Made by a program: the position numbers and the translations under genes
The notes under the pieces: generated by a model
Databases searched by the model: none
The model's input: the letters and a program-made list of their open reading frames with translations, nothing else
Told to the model about the DNA's origin: nothing
Part shown: in pieces, positions 17,697 through 26,319 of the stretch
Numbering within the stretch: the first letter of the stretch is position 1
Layout: each line of letters begins with the position of its first letter
Source of the DNA: an uncultured virus (IMG/VR IMGVR_UViG_3300044266_000359)
Taxonomy: Duplodnaviria; Heunggongvirae; Uroviricota; Caudoviricetes
Direction: 5' to 3' (one strand)
Length of the DNA stretch: 64,000 bases
Virus record (IMG/VR): IMGVR_UViG_3300044266_000359

Positions 17697-18548
17697 ATGA
17701 AAATTGCTTACTTTCCCGCCGCTGTTGCTCGTAACGGGCATTCTGTGCTAGACGCTGTGTTAGACAGTGCTCGAATCGGCGGCATGACCTTGTGCGAAAA
17801 CAGCCTGGACGCTGATGCGGCAGTGATTTGGTCAGTGCTTTGGAATGGACGCATGGCACCAAATCGAGCGGTATACGAACACTATAGAAAACAAAACAAA
17901 CCAGTTATTGTGCTGGATGTTGGCGCATTACGCAGAGAAGTCACATGGAAACTGGCGGTAAACCATATCACTGCACAAGGTTACTACGGTCACCAGATCA
18001 ATCTAGATGAAGACAGGCCCAAAAAGCTAGGTATTACCTTGGAAGGTGCCATTGGCACAGACCCTAGCATACTGATTGCTTGCCAACACCGTGCCAGTTT
18101 GGCAGTAGAAGGCTTGGAAAGCCTAGAGAGTTGGGTAGGTCAACAGGTGCAACAAATACGACTTCACTGTGATAGAAAAATCACAGTGAGACCACATCCT
18201 CGCAGTGCGTTAGATATATCAAAATTGCCGTCTGATATTACCATACAATCTCCCAGGCGAGTGCCCGATACATACGATGCGTTTAATCTAGAATTTAGAT
18301 ATCATGCTGTGGTCAACTACAATTCTGGACCGGGCATACAAGCAGCCATAGCGGGTGTGCGTCCCGTGGTTGACTCAACCAGCCTAGCATACCCAGTGGC
18401 AGTGAGCTATGCTGACATTGAGCAACCGTATTACACTGACCGACATCAGTGGCTGACAGAAATATGTCACACCGAATACACCTTGGATGAACTGAGAAGG
18501 GGCACATGGATTCGAAGAATCGAACCAGCGTTGACTGTGCCTGCTTGA
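17697..18548 (+). CDS. KpsS/KpsC-like protein, paralogue of 16052-16966
   Basis: ILIACQ, RPHP, YNSGPGIQAAIAGVRPV. Confidence 0.55.
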   Translation: MKIAYFPAAVARNGHSVLDAVLDSARIGGMTLCENSLDADAAVIWSVLWNGRMAPNRAVYEHYRKQNKPVIVLDVGALRREVTWKLAVNHITAQGYYGHQINLDEDRPKKLGITLEGAIGTDPSILIACQHRASLAVEGLESLESWVGQQVQQIRLHCDRKITVRPHPRSALDISKLPSDITIQSPRRVPDTYDAFNLEFRYHAVVNYNSGPGIQAAIAGVRPVVDSTSLAYPVAVSYADIEQPYYTDRHQWLTEICHTEYTLDELRRGTWIRRIEPALTVPA

Positions 18549-19240
18549 TTCACGGATCAGGCTACGACTGGATCTATGTAGATCATTTGTATAACATGTT
18601 GAATAGAACCTTGCAGAATCGTGTGAGGTTACATGTTTATACCGAAGCTGATAGGCCAGTGCCGTCGCACATGATCAAGCATGAATTGAAAGAATGGCCT
18701 GGCATATCGGGTCCTCGGCGCAGCTGGTGGTATAAATTACAGTTGTTTGATAGTGAACATCACTCAGGTGATTTGCTGTATTTTGATTTGGATACAGTGA
18801 TTGTTCGCGACATAACTTGGATCCCCGAACTCACAACAGAAAAACTCTGGACCATTAGAGATTTTAGAAACTTACAAAACCCAAATCACTGGGGAATGAA
18901 TTCCAGTGTGATGTGGTGGAACGTGTCTAAATTCAACTGGGTCTGGGAACAGTTCAAAAACAGCAACATTGCCACGGTCATATCCAAGCATCCGCACGGT
19001 GATCAACAGTACATTGGTAATGCAGTTGGGCACAATGCAATTAGATTTTTGGATGCCAATCGAGTGCAAAGCTGGCGCTGGCAAGCACATGATGGCGGCT
19101 TTGATTTTGTAAAGAGACAGGCAAAAACTCCGGGCACAGGAACATGCATCGACAATGACGTTGCAATATTGGTATTTCATGGTCAACCTAAACCTCACGA
19201 ATTGCCAAATGATGTTGTAATAAAACAACACTGGAAATAA
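18506..19240 (+). CDS. Glycosyltransferase (GT-A)
   Basis: WWYKLQLF, YFDLD, NSSVM, GDQ, FHGQPKP motifs. Confidence 0.78.
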   Translation: MDSKNRTSVDCACLIHGSGYDWIYVDHLYNMLNRTLQNRVRLHVYTEADRPVPSHMIKHELKEWPGISGPRRSWWYKLQLFDSEHHSGDLLYFDLDTVIVRDITWIPELTTEKLWTIRDFRNLQNPNHWGMNSSVMWWNVSKFNWVWEQFKNSNIATVISKHPHGDQQYIGNAVGHNAIRFLDANRVQSWRWQAHDGGFDFVKRQAKTPGTGTCIDNDVAILVFHGQPKPHELPNDVVIKQHWK

Positions 19241-19242
19241 GG

Positions 19243-19304
19243 TTGACCAATAATTCCCATTTTGCTATAATATACACATAAACAGCAAACAGGAGCCACA
19301 AATG
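19243..19304 (+). promoter_or_regulatory. Early sigma70 promoter + RBS cassette, copy 1
   Basis: TTGACC-N17-TATAAT ... CAGGAG ... ATG. Confidence 0.85.
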
Positions 19305-19523
19305 GAACTCGCAATTGGTACCAAAATCCGTTACACCAGCGCCGCAGGTGTCCGTGTTGCAACTGTTAGCAACATCAAAGTTGCCCCTACTGCCAAGCCC
19401 GGCTTTCTGAACACCTGGTTGACCCTGGACATTCCCGTCCAGCGTGGCGTAAAATTTAATACTAAAGTTAATATTCCTGCTGACAACGGTTCTTTGTCTG
19501 CATTCCGTGTTGAATTGGCTTGA
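19302..19523 (+). CDS. Small early hypothetical protein
   Basis: Promoter and AGGAG RBS directly upstream. Confidence 0.8.
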   Translation: MELAIGTKIRYTSAAGVRVATVSNIKVAPTAKPGFLNTWLTLDIPVQRGVKFNTKVNIPADNGSLSAFRVELA

Positions 19524-19581
19524 CCAATAATTCCCAATTTGCTATAATATACACATAAACAGCAAACAGGAGCCCCAAATG
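19520..19581 (+). promoter_or_regulatory. Early promoter + RBS cassette, copy 2 (60/62 identical to copy 1)
   Basis: Direct sequence comparison. Confidence 0.85.
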
Positions 19582-19725
19582 CAAGTACGTGAATTGATAG
19601 AGTTATTGTCGCAATTTGACCCTGAATCCCAGGTATTGTCATCGCAAGCCGGTGGAGAATACGAGTCTGACTTGTCCTTACTGGAAGTAGAAGTCTGCGA
19701 TGGGGTTGTTTGGTTGCGTGACTAA
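19579..19725 (+). CDS. 48-aa early protein MQVRELIELLSQFDPE... (not in ORF track)
   Basis: Translated manually; RBS AGGAG; fills the gap between two cassettes. Confidence 0.75.
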   Translation: MQVRELIELLSQFDPESQVLSSQAGGEYESDLSLLEVEVCDGVVWLRD

Positions 19726-19728
19726 CGG

Positions 19729-19791
19729 TTGACCAATAAATCCCAAACTGCTATAATACAATTTTAACGCACAAAACAGGAGCCAACCATG
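19729..19791 (+). promoter_or_regulatory. Early promoter + RBS cassette, copy 3 (diverged)
   Basis: TTGACC-N17-TATAAT ... AACAGGAGCC. Confidence 0.8.
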
Positions 19792-20811
19792 AGTGCAATT
19801 CGTGTTGTAAACGGAACATACCGTAACAAACCCGTCCGTAATCAAGAATTTGTTCTTGTTAACGGTTTCCAGACCGGCGCCAAAGGCAACTATGTTACCG
19901 TTAAAAACAACGGTGCCTTTCCTAACTGCCCCGATACGATTCGTATCAGCGTTGACAACATCGCCGACATCGAGTATACTAACGGTATGACACAAGACAA
20001 CACCGTACAGTTCGAAAAGCCCGCAACTCCTGCAGAAACCGACGAGCAAGCCATTGAGCGTATTCGTGAGCGTTTTGACATCCTGCATGAAATGACCAAG
20101 GCCAGCGTAACTGGCGACATTCGTGCTATGATTGTGTCGGGCCCTCCTGGTGTTGGCAAAAGCTTTGGCGTGGAGCAAGAAATTGAAAAAGCTACTATGT
20201 TTGACAAGTTGGCTGGCAAGCGCCTCCGTGCTGAAGTTGTCAAGGGCTCAGCTACCCCAATCGGCTTATATCAAACGCTGTACAAATATAGCGACTCAAA
20301 TTGTGTCGTGGTATTCGATGACTGCGATTCAATTCTGTTGGACGATGTCTCCCTTAACTTACTCAAAGGCGCCCTCGACTCGGGTAAAAAGCGAACCATC
20401 AGCTGGTTGTCAGAGTCGTCCGCCCTGCGCCGTGAAGGCATTCCTGATCGCTTCGAGTTCAAAGGTTCAGTTATCTTCATTACCAACTTGAAGTTTGACA
20501 AAATGAAGAGCCAAAAGCTCCGTGATCACTTGGATGCACTGCAAAGTCGTTGTCACTATCTGGACCTGACGCTTGACACCATGCGTGACAAACTGTTGCG
20601 GATCAAGCAGATTGCCAAGGACGGCGAGCTGTTCAAGGACTACGAGTTTGAAGAGGCTGTGCAAGATGACATCATTGACTTCATGCACACCAACAAGGAT
20701 CGCTTGCGTGAAGTGAGCTTGCGTATGGCTCTGAAGATCGCTGACCTGCGTAAACTGAGTGCGCTGAATTGGAAGCGACTGGCTGAGACCACTTGCATGA
20801 AGGCAGCTTAA
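19789..20811 (+). CDS. AAA+-type P-loop ATPase, early expressed
   Basis: GPPGVGKS Walker A, VVVFDDCD Walker B, FITN, ALQSR. Confidence 0.85.
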   Translation: MSAIRVVNGTYRNKPVRNQEFVLVNGFQTGAKGNYVTVKNNGAFPNCPDTIRISVDNIADIEYTNGMTQDNTVQFEKPATPAETDEQAIERIRERFDILHEMTKASVTGDIRAMIVSGPPGVGKSFGVEQEIEKATMFDKLAGKRLRAEVVKGSATPIGLYQTLYKYSDSNCVVVFDDCDSILLDDVSLNLLKGALDSGKKRTISWLSESSALRREGIPDRFEFKGSVIFITNLKFDKMKSQKLRDHLDALQSRCHYLDLTLDTMRDKLLRIKQIAKDGELFKDYEFEEAVQDDIIDFMHTNKDRLREVSLRMALKIADLRKLSALNWKRLAETTCMKAA

Positions 20812-20812
20812 T

Positions 20813-21055
20813 ATGGACGGACGAGTTATGCACCTCAGTAATATGTGGCGCGAACGTCCGGCTGCTTGGCAAAAGTTCTATGAAGGTGAAAAGTTAGCTC
20901 GATATCTGAGCAAGATGTATTACACCCTGAACGTCAAGGCAGTCAATCGCAAACTTAAAAAATATGATGCTGTTTATGAGTATGATCGATCAGAAGCCCG
21001 TGTTATATTTGCCAAGGAAAGTGGCTACTTTTGGTTCATGCTAAAGTGGAGTTAA
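20813..21055 (+). CDS. Hypothetical protein
   Basis: Coupled ORF. Confidence 0.65.
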   Translation: MDGRVMHLSNMWRERPAAWQKFYEGEKLARYLSKMYYTLNVKAVNRKLKKYDAVYEYDRSEARVIFAKESGYFWFMLKWS

Positions 21056-21067
21056 AGAAAGTGATAT

Positions 21068-21298
21068 ATGAGTGATCAAGAGTTTGACGACGAACCAGGC
21101 ACCTGGAACTTTGTTGCATATAAAATGGACTACGAAGGCCTTGACTATTGTTTTCGTTGTTATGCAGATTTTGAAGAAATGGAAGATCCAGAGTTTCACC
21201 GACTACGCCAAGAATACGTAGCCGCCGCAGACGCTCTCGAATCATATATCAAAGCAAAGGTAGATCCAAAGTATTTAGAAGCATTAGGTATCGATTAA
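21068..21298 (+). CDS. Hypothetical acidic protein
   Basis: ORF in operon. Confidence 0.65.
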   Translation: MSDQEFDDEPGTWNFVAYKMDYEGLDYCFRCYADFEEMEDPEFHRLRQEYVAAADALESYIKAKVDPKYLEALGID

Positions 21299-21357
21299 CC
21301 CCCCCCGCCGTGTGCGTAAGGGCAATGCCAATAAGTCCCTTTCGATAAGGATACAAA

Positions 21358-21510
21358 ATGATTCTTCTTAATATTCTTATTACTGTTTGGGCTTGGAAGG
21401 TAGCCAACGATGCGTTCGAGATAGAAAGAAACACAGCCGGTTGGGTGTGTGTTGCAGTAAGTGCAATGAATGGTGCAGTGGTTTTATATCGTTTGACAAG
21501 TGGAGTTTGA
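21358..21510 (+). CDS. 50-aa two-helix membrane microprotein (not in ORF track)
   Basis: TAAGGA RBS; MILLNILITVWAWKVANDAFE... Confidence 0.65.
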   Translation: MILLNILITVWAWKVANDAFEIERNTAGWVCVAVSAMNGAVVLYRLTSGV

Positions 21511-21511
21511 T

Positions 21512-21622
21512 ATGTACGAAGTATGGGATGGTGATTTGTTTTTGTTCGCTGTGGACACTGAGTTCGAAGCCCATGAGGCCATTGAAGAAGGGTTTACAGT
21601 AAAAGAAAAGACCATTGTGTAA
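21512..21622 (+). CDS. 36-aa acidic microprotein (not in ORF track)
   Basis: GGAG RBS; MYEVWDGDLFLFAVD...; tight packing. Confidence 0.6.
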   Translation: MYEVWDGDLFLFAVDTEFEAHEAIEEGFTVKEKTIV

Positions 21623-21624
21623 AA

Positions 21625-21777
21625 ATGGACGTCTGGAGCTGGCTCAATTTATTTTTTGTATTTTTCAGCGCATGGTGTGCTAGGATTTGTTTCGAAAATA
21701 ACGATCGAGCCGGTGGATGGTTTAATGTTTTTGCCAGTGCCGCAAATGCGGCGTCGGCCTTGGTAAGTATTTTTTAA
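21625..21777 (+). CDS. 50-aa membrane microprotein, paralogue of 21358-21510 (not in ORF track)
   Basis: MDVWSWLNLFFVFFSAWCARICFE...GW.NV.ASAANAA. Confidence 0.6.
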   Translation: MDVWSWLNLFFVFFSAWCARICFENNDRAGGWFNVFASAANAASALVSIF

Positions 21778-21818
21778 GATTCTCCTAGGCAAATCGGTTG
21801 GCTCCGGCCTAGGATTTT

Positions 21819-21851
21819 AACAGGTGCCCGTAAAACGGCACCTGTTTTTTT
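21819..21851 (+). terminator. Intrinsic terminator; its T-run supplies the next -35
   Basis: AACAGGTGCC...GGCACCTGTT followed by a T-run. Confidence 0.85.
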
Positions 21852-21878
21852 GACATTTTGTTGTGGTAAGTATATACT
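21850..21878 (+). promoter_or_regulatory. sigma70 promoter, ATG 6 nt after the -10 (leaderless)
   Basis: TTGACA-N17-TATACT. Confidence 0.75.
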
Positions 21879-21884
21879 ACTACA

Positions 21885-23354
21885 ATGAAAACATGCACAA
21901 TCGTGATCCGCGATGAAGTCAACATCAAGCTGGAAGGCTTGGATCTAGACGTAAGAAAAACTCTAACAAACACATTCAAATATGATGTGCCCTATGCGAG
22001 GTATCTTCCAGCAGTGAGGTTGGGACGGTGGGACGGCAAGGTCAGCTACTTTCAAATGGGCGGTAGCACCTACACTAACTTGCTACCAGACATTATTCCC
22101 ATACTTGAACGCTACAACTATAATATAGAACTAGACGACCAACGTGACTATTCTGTCAGCTTTGACTTTGATCGAGTAGAAGAAAATCGCTGGGCATACA
22201 AGACCTGGCCCAAAGGCCACCCTGCGGCAGGTGAGCCTATCATGTTGCGTGACTACCAAGTGGAAGTTATCAATAGGTTTTTAGAAAACCCGCAAAGCAT
22301 TCAAGAAGTTGCAACAGGTGCAGGTAAGACAATTACTACAGCAACACTCAGTGCCGCAGTTGAGCCGTACGGTCGGTCAATTGTTATTGTGCCCAACAAG
22401 AGCCTGGTAACACAAACAGAAAAAGACTATGTTAACTTGGGCCTGGACGTTGGCGTTTATTTTGGTGACCGCAAAGAGCACGGACACCAGCATACTATCT
22501 GCACATGGCAGAGCCTCAACGTATTGCTAAAAAACACAAAATCTGGCACTGCTGACATTACCATTGCGGACTTCATTGAGGATGTTGTATGCGTGATGGT
22601 CGACGAAGTACACATGGCCAAAGCAGATGCGTTAAAAACATTACTCACAGGAGTGATGAGCCGTATACCAATACGTTGGGGGCTGACAGGAACTATTCCC
22701 AAAGAGAAGTTCGAAAGCCAAAGCCTGCTGGTCAGCTTGGGTCCTGTAATAGGCAAACTTACAGCCAACGAACTGCAACAACAGGGTGTGTTGGCACAAT
22801 GTCACGTTAACATTGTGCAACTGCAAGATCACGTGGAGTATCCAGACTACCAAAAAGAACTAAAATACTTGCTGGAAGAGTCTGGCAGGCTCGATGCTAT
22901 GTCAGCCTTGATTCAACAGGTAAACGAAACAGGCAATACCTTGGTGTTGGTAGATCGAACCGAGTGCGGCCGCCAGTTGGTCGAGCGCCTGGGCGAACGT
23001 GCAGTATTTGTATCAGGTGCAACTAAATCCAAAGATAGGCAGGAAGAATATGATCAAGTGGCTGAAGCAACGGACAAAATTATTGTGGCCACTTACGGTG
23101 TGGCTGCGGTTGGAATTAATATTCCTAGAATCTTTAACTTGGTGCTTATTGAGCCTGGTAAGAGCTTTGTCCGTGTTATCCAATCAATTGGTCGTGGCAT
23201 CCGCAAAGCTGAAGACAAGGATCATGTTCAGATCTGGGACGTTACGAGTACGTGCAAGTTTGCGAAGCGGCACTTGACCAAACGCAAAGCTTACTATCGA
23301 GAAGCCAATTATCCATTTACCCAAGAAAAACTTGAGTGGATGAAAGTCAAATAA
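21885..23354 (+). CDS. uvsW: SF2 DNA helicase, UvsW-like
   Basis: LRDYQ, ATGAGKT, DEVH, GLTGT, QSIGRGIR; N-terminal WDGK motif. Confidence 0.9.
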   Translation: MKTCTIVIRDEVNIKLEGLDLDVRKTLTNTFKYDVPYARYLPAVRLGRWDGKVSYFQMGGSTYTNLLPDIIPILERYNYNIELDDQRDYSVSFDFDRVEENRWAYKTWPKGHPAAGEPIMLRDYQVEVINRFLENPQSIQEVATGAGKTITTATLSAAVEPYGRSIVIVPNKSLVTQTEKDYVNLGLDVGVYFGDRKEHGHQHTICTWQSLNVLLKNTKSGTADITIADFIEDVVCVMVDEVHMAKADALKTLLTGVMSRIPIRWGLTGTIPKEKFESQSLLVSLGPVIGKLTANELQQQGVLAQCHVNIVQLQDHVEYPDYQKELKYLLEESGRLDAMSALIQQVNETGNTLVLVDRTECGRQLVERLGERAVFVSGATKSKDRQEEYDQVAEATDKIIVATYGVAAVGINIPRIFNLVLIEPGKSFVRVIQSIGRGIRKAEDKDHVQIWDVTSTCKFAKRHLTKRKAYYREANYPFTQEKLEWMKVK

Positions 23355-23390
23355 GTTGACTTTTCAGTCAACTTCCTATAACATACAACT

Positions 23391-23891
23391 ATGCGAATTT
23401 TAACTCTCGACAACGCTCATTACGACCTTGACCACTTGCCAGATGAAATAGATGACATGAGGTTTGCCATACTGGACAACTCCAACCCTGTTGAACCCGA
23501 CTATCATTTTATTCCACTGATATTTTTGGAAAGTTTCAATGCTCCTGCACTGGTGTTGCGTATAGGAACACAAACCATACGCATGCCCATGGACTGGCAA
23601 GTGCTAATTGGAGAGCCCGATGTGGGCGATCTCGAAGTGCTGCCACTGACATCAATCAATGATCGTGGATTCAAAGTGTTTCAGTTTAACCCATTGACCA
23701 GTTTCCGTCCCAGCTTTTTGGACATTGAAATCCTAGATGTGTATCATGAAGTTTCGTGGTATGCACCCAAACTCAAGAATGGACAAATGCTTGCAGTTCC
23801 TATTACTGAAGGTGATGATCCGGACTGTGTGTACTTTGTCAAGGACATCAGCCGCAACTGCGAAATCGTCAACTACAACCTTGCTTGGTAA
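23391..23891 (+). CDS. Hypothetical protein
   Basis: ORF 6 nt after TTGACT-N17-TAACAT. Confidence 0.75.
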   Translation: MRILTLDNAHYDLDHLPDEIDDMRFAILDNSNPVEPDYHFIPLIFLESFNAPALVLRIGTQTIRMPMDWQVLIGEPDVGDLEVLPLTSINDRGFKVFQFNPLTSFRPSFLDIEILDVYHEVSWYAPKLKNGQMLAVPITEGDDPDCVYFVKDISRNCEIVNYNLAW

Positions 23892-23892
23892 T

Positions 23893-24042
23893 ATGGCACA
23901 GTATACAGAACCCGAAGTTTTTGAAATTATCAATAGATTGGCAAGAATCTATTTAGAAAGTTATCCTAGTGATCGGGAAGGCCTTGAACGCTTTTTGCGT
24001 TGGGCATATTTACAGTACGGATATACCTATGGGAACCCTTAA
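23893..24042 (+). CDS. Small hypothetical protein (MAQYTEPEV...)
   Basis: ATG 1 nt after the previous stop. Confidence 0.55.
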   Translation: MAQYTEPEVFEIINRLARIYLESYPSDREGLERFLRWAYLQYGYTYGNP

Positions 24043-24271
24043 CCCTGGCACTACTTACATTTATGAAAGTGTAGCCGGAACAATATTTGCTCGTGAGTTT
24101 GGTAAAACAGAACGAAAGGTAGTGGGGTATACAACGGATGTTAGTTCTGAATTTGCCATGTACAAGAGTGAAATAAACCAAGTGTTGAAGATGTGCGAGT
24201 CGGATCTGGTCATGCGAGAGTTGCTGGATCAACTGTTTGTAATGTATAATCTAAAGAAAACACATGAGTGA
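24029..24271 (+). CDS. Hypothetical protein (MGTLNPGTTYIYE...)
   Basis: Overlapping operon packing. Confidence 0.6.
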   Translation: MGTLNPGTTYIYESVAGTIFAREFGKTERKVVGYTTDVSSEFAMYKSEINQVLKMCESDLVMRELLDQLFVMYNLKKTHE

Positions 24272-24704
24272 CAAACTAAACATTGCCAACGAGATGAGAA
24301 TGTTTGATCGCAAGGTCAGAACATTCTACGAAGAACTCACAGACGAAGAACGTAAAAAGTTCTCCACGTACTTGATGATACGTTGGGGTTCGGCTGTGGA
24401 AGGCAGCAGAGACTTACAAGAGTTTTATCTTATTTCCACTAACGAACGACTCAACAAGCATTTCTTTGCCATGAGTCGACATCCTAAATTACAGTGGCTC
24501 ATGGCCACCAGCGTGAGTCCAGACATGGGTACACCCAGACACAATTGGATATCGCCAAAGAAAAAAGAAAAAACATCAGCAATTAGAAAACAGTTGGTGG
24601 AAATATATCCGCATCTCAAGGATGACGAAATAGATTTACTGGCTTCGATCACAGACAAAAAAGAACTAGACAACTACTTGAAAGCACATGGAGACCGTGA
24701 CTAA
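24264..24704 (+). CDS. Possible clamp-loader small subunit (T4 gp62-like)
   Basis: YLMIRW, HPKLQW, WIS.KKK pattern and size resemble gp62; replication context. Confidence 0.45.
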   Translation: MSDKLNIANEMRMFDRKVRTFYEELTDEERKKFSTYLMIRWGSAVEGSRDLQEFYLISTNERLNKHFFAMSRHPKLQWLMATSVSPDMGTPRHNWISPKKKEKTSAIRKQLVEIYPHLKDDEIDLLASITDKKELDNYLKAHGDRD

Positions 24705-25374
24705 ATTCAAATGTCAATATTGCCACAAAGAGTTTGTGCGTGAAAGCACTCTGGCTGTGCATGTGTGCGAACAAAAAAAGCGCAGACAAGACAAGAGCGA
24801 GCGCGGCGTAGAACTTGGATTCCAAGGTTATGTGAGATTTTACGAAATGTCACAAGGTTCAGCCAAGTTCAAAACCTATGACGATTTTTGTGAAAGTCCT
24901 TACTATAGAGCATTTGTCAAATGGGGTCGTTACTGTGTTAGCACTCGGGTGATAAATCCCAAACAGTTTTTAGAATGGCTGCTCAAGCACAATAAAAAGT
25001 TGGACAATTGGTCCAGTGACATTTTGTACACAGAATATCTCACATGGTATCTCACAGTGGAAAACGTTGCTGACGCACTGGCACGAGCAGTGGAGTATGG
25101 CATGGATTGGGCAGAAAAGAATCAAGCCCGTGACTGTGATTGTTTGCGATATGGATCTACTCATGCCCTGTGCTATGCTATCACAGCAGGGCGCATAAGT
25201 CCCTGGGTGATTTACAACTGCGAGTCGGGGCAGGGATTTTTGCAAAACATCAGTTCTGAACAATTGGCAATGATTTGGCCATATATCAATTCTGATGTGT
25301 GGCAAAAAAGGTTTGCAGACTACTCAGCAGATCAAGAGTATGCCAAGGAAATTTTAGCAAAGGCAGGATGGTAA
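24688..25374 (+). CDS. Hypothetical protein with N-terminal zinc finger
   Basis: FKCQYCHKEF...LAVHVC. Confidence 0.7.
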   Translation: METVTKFKCQYCHKEFVRESTLAVHVCEQKKRRQDKSERGVELGFQGYVRFYEMSQGSAKFKTYDDFCESPYYRAFVKWGRYCVSTRVINPKQFLEWLLKHNKKLDNWSSDILYTEYLTWYLTVENVADALARAVEYGMDWAEKNQARDCDCLRYGSTHALCYAITAGRISPWVIYNCESGQGFLQNISSEQLAMIWPYINSDVWQKRFADYSADQEYAKEILAKAGW

Positions 25375-25375
25375 T

Positions 25376-25744
25376 ATGATCAAAAGTATAAATGGTGGCA
25401 GCGGCATTCAAATCACCAATGGCAGTCTGTCGTGGCCCAGTTTCTATAACAGTGCCAGTTCAAGTGGCAATACTCTAATAGGGCAAGTTCGCTATAATGG
25501 TTCAAGTCAGAACTTGGAAGTGTACGATGGCAACAATTGGTTGATGATATCAGGTTCTTACCCTATGATAGAATTGTCAGGCGAAGTCCAATCCATATTG
25601 GCCTGGGCCAGAATAAAAATGGCAGAAGAAGAACGAATCAAACAGCTGGCAGCCAAACATCCCGCAGTGGCTGACGCATTGAACGCTGTGGCCCGAGCCG
25701 AAGAACAAGTTCGAATTGCAGCAGCATTGGTAGACACAGCATGA
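25376..25744 (+). CDS. Hypothetical protein
   Basis: GQVRYN...LEVYDG..W motif; coupled. Confidence 0.65.
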   Translation: MIKSINGGSGIQITNGSLSWPSFYNSASSSGNTLIGQVRYNGSSQNLEVYDGNNWLMISGSYPMIELSGEVQSILAWARIKMAEEERIKQLAAKHPAVADALNAVARAEEQVRIAAALVDTA

Positions 25745-26319
25745 GCGCAGACATCGACATTGACATGCCCAACAGGGACGCATTGCTGAAACTGATCCAG
25801 CATGTGCCTGCACGGCTTGAAGTTAATGGTCAAGTGCGTAAACATAACTCGGGTATCTACGTTACAGAAATTCCTAGGGACATTCCCAACGGTTGTGCAG
25901 CTATTGATTACGAAGCAGCCGAACAGCGCGGCTATTTCAAAATAGACTTGCTAAACATGAGTGTTTACAATCTGATCAAAAGTCCTGAACACTACCAACA
26001 GATGCTGGCAATTGAACCGCCATGGAGTCGACTGTGGACAGACCCAGCTTGGGCAAGCCAATTGGTACATGTAGGAAACTATACAGATTTGTTAAAACAA
26101 ATGCAGCCAGATTCAATACCCAGAATGGCTGCTTTTATATCAATTATTCGTCCGGGCAAAGCACATTTGCAACGCAGGCCTTGGACGGAAGTATTTGCAA
26201 GTGTGTGGGATGGTGATGACAGTCGGGGATTTGTGTTCAAGAAGTCACATGCGCTAAGTTACAGCATGTTGGTCAAATTGCACATGAACTTGCTCAATCA
26301 AGTCGACGCACAAGCGTGA
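25741..26319 (+). CDS. Miniature DnaE (family C DNA polymerase III alpha) catalytic core
   Basis: DIDID, KHNSG, YFKIDLL, IRPG, FKKSHA.SY in canonical order. Confidence 0.8.
   Translation: MSADIDIDMPNRDALLKLIQHVPARLEVNGQVRKHNSGIYVTEIPRDIPNGCAAIDYEAAEQRGYFKIDLLNMSVYNLIKSPEHYQQMLAIEPPWSRLWTDPAWASQLVHVGNYTDLLKQMQPDSIPRMAAFISIIRPGKAHLQRRPWTEVFASVWDGDDSRGFVFKKSHALSYSMLVKLHMNLLNQVDAQA

Noticed and set aside
19243..19791. CRISPR or IS interpretation of the 62-bp repeats
   Set aside because: Fully explained as promoter plus RBS; the intervening sequences are ORFs; no transposase or inverted ends
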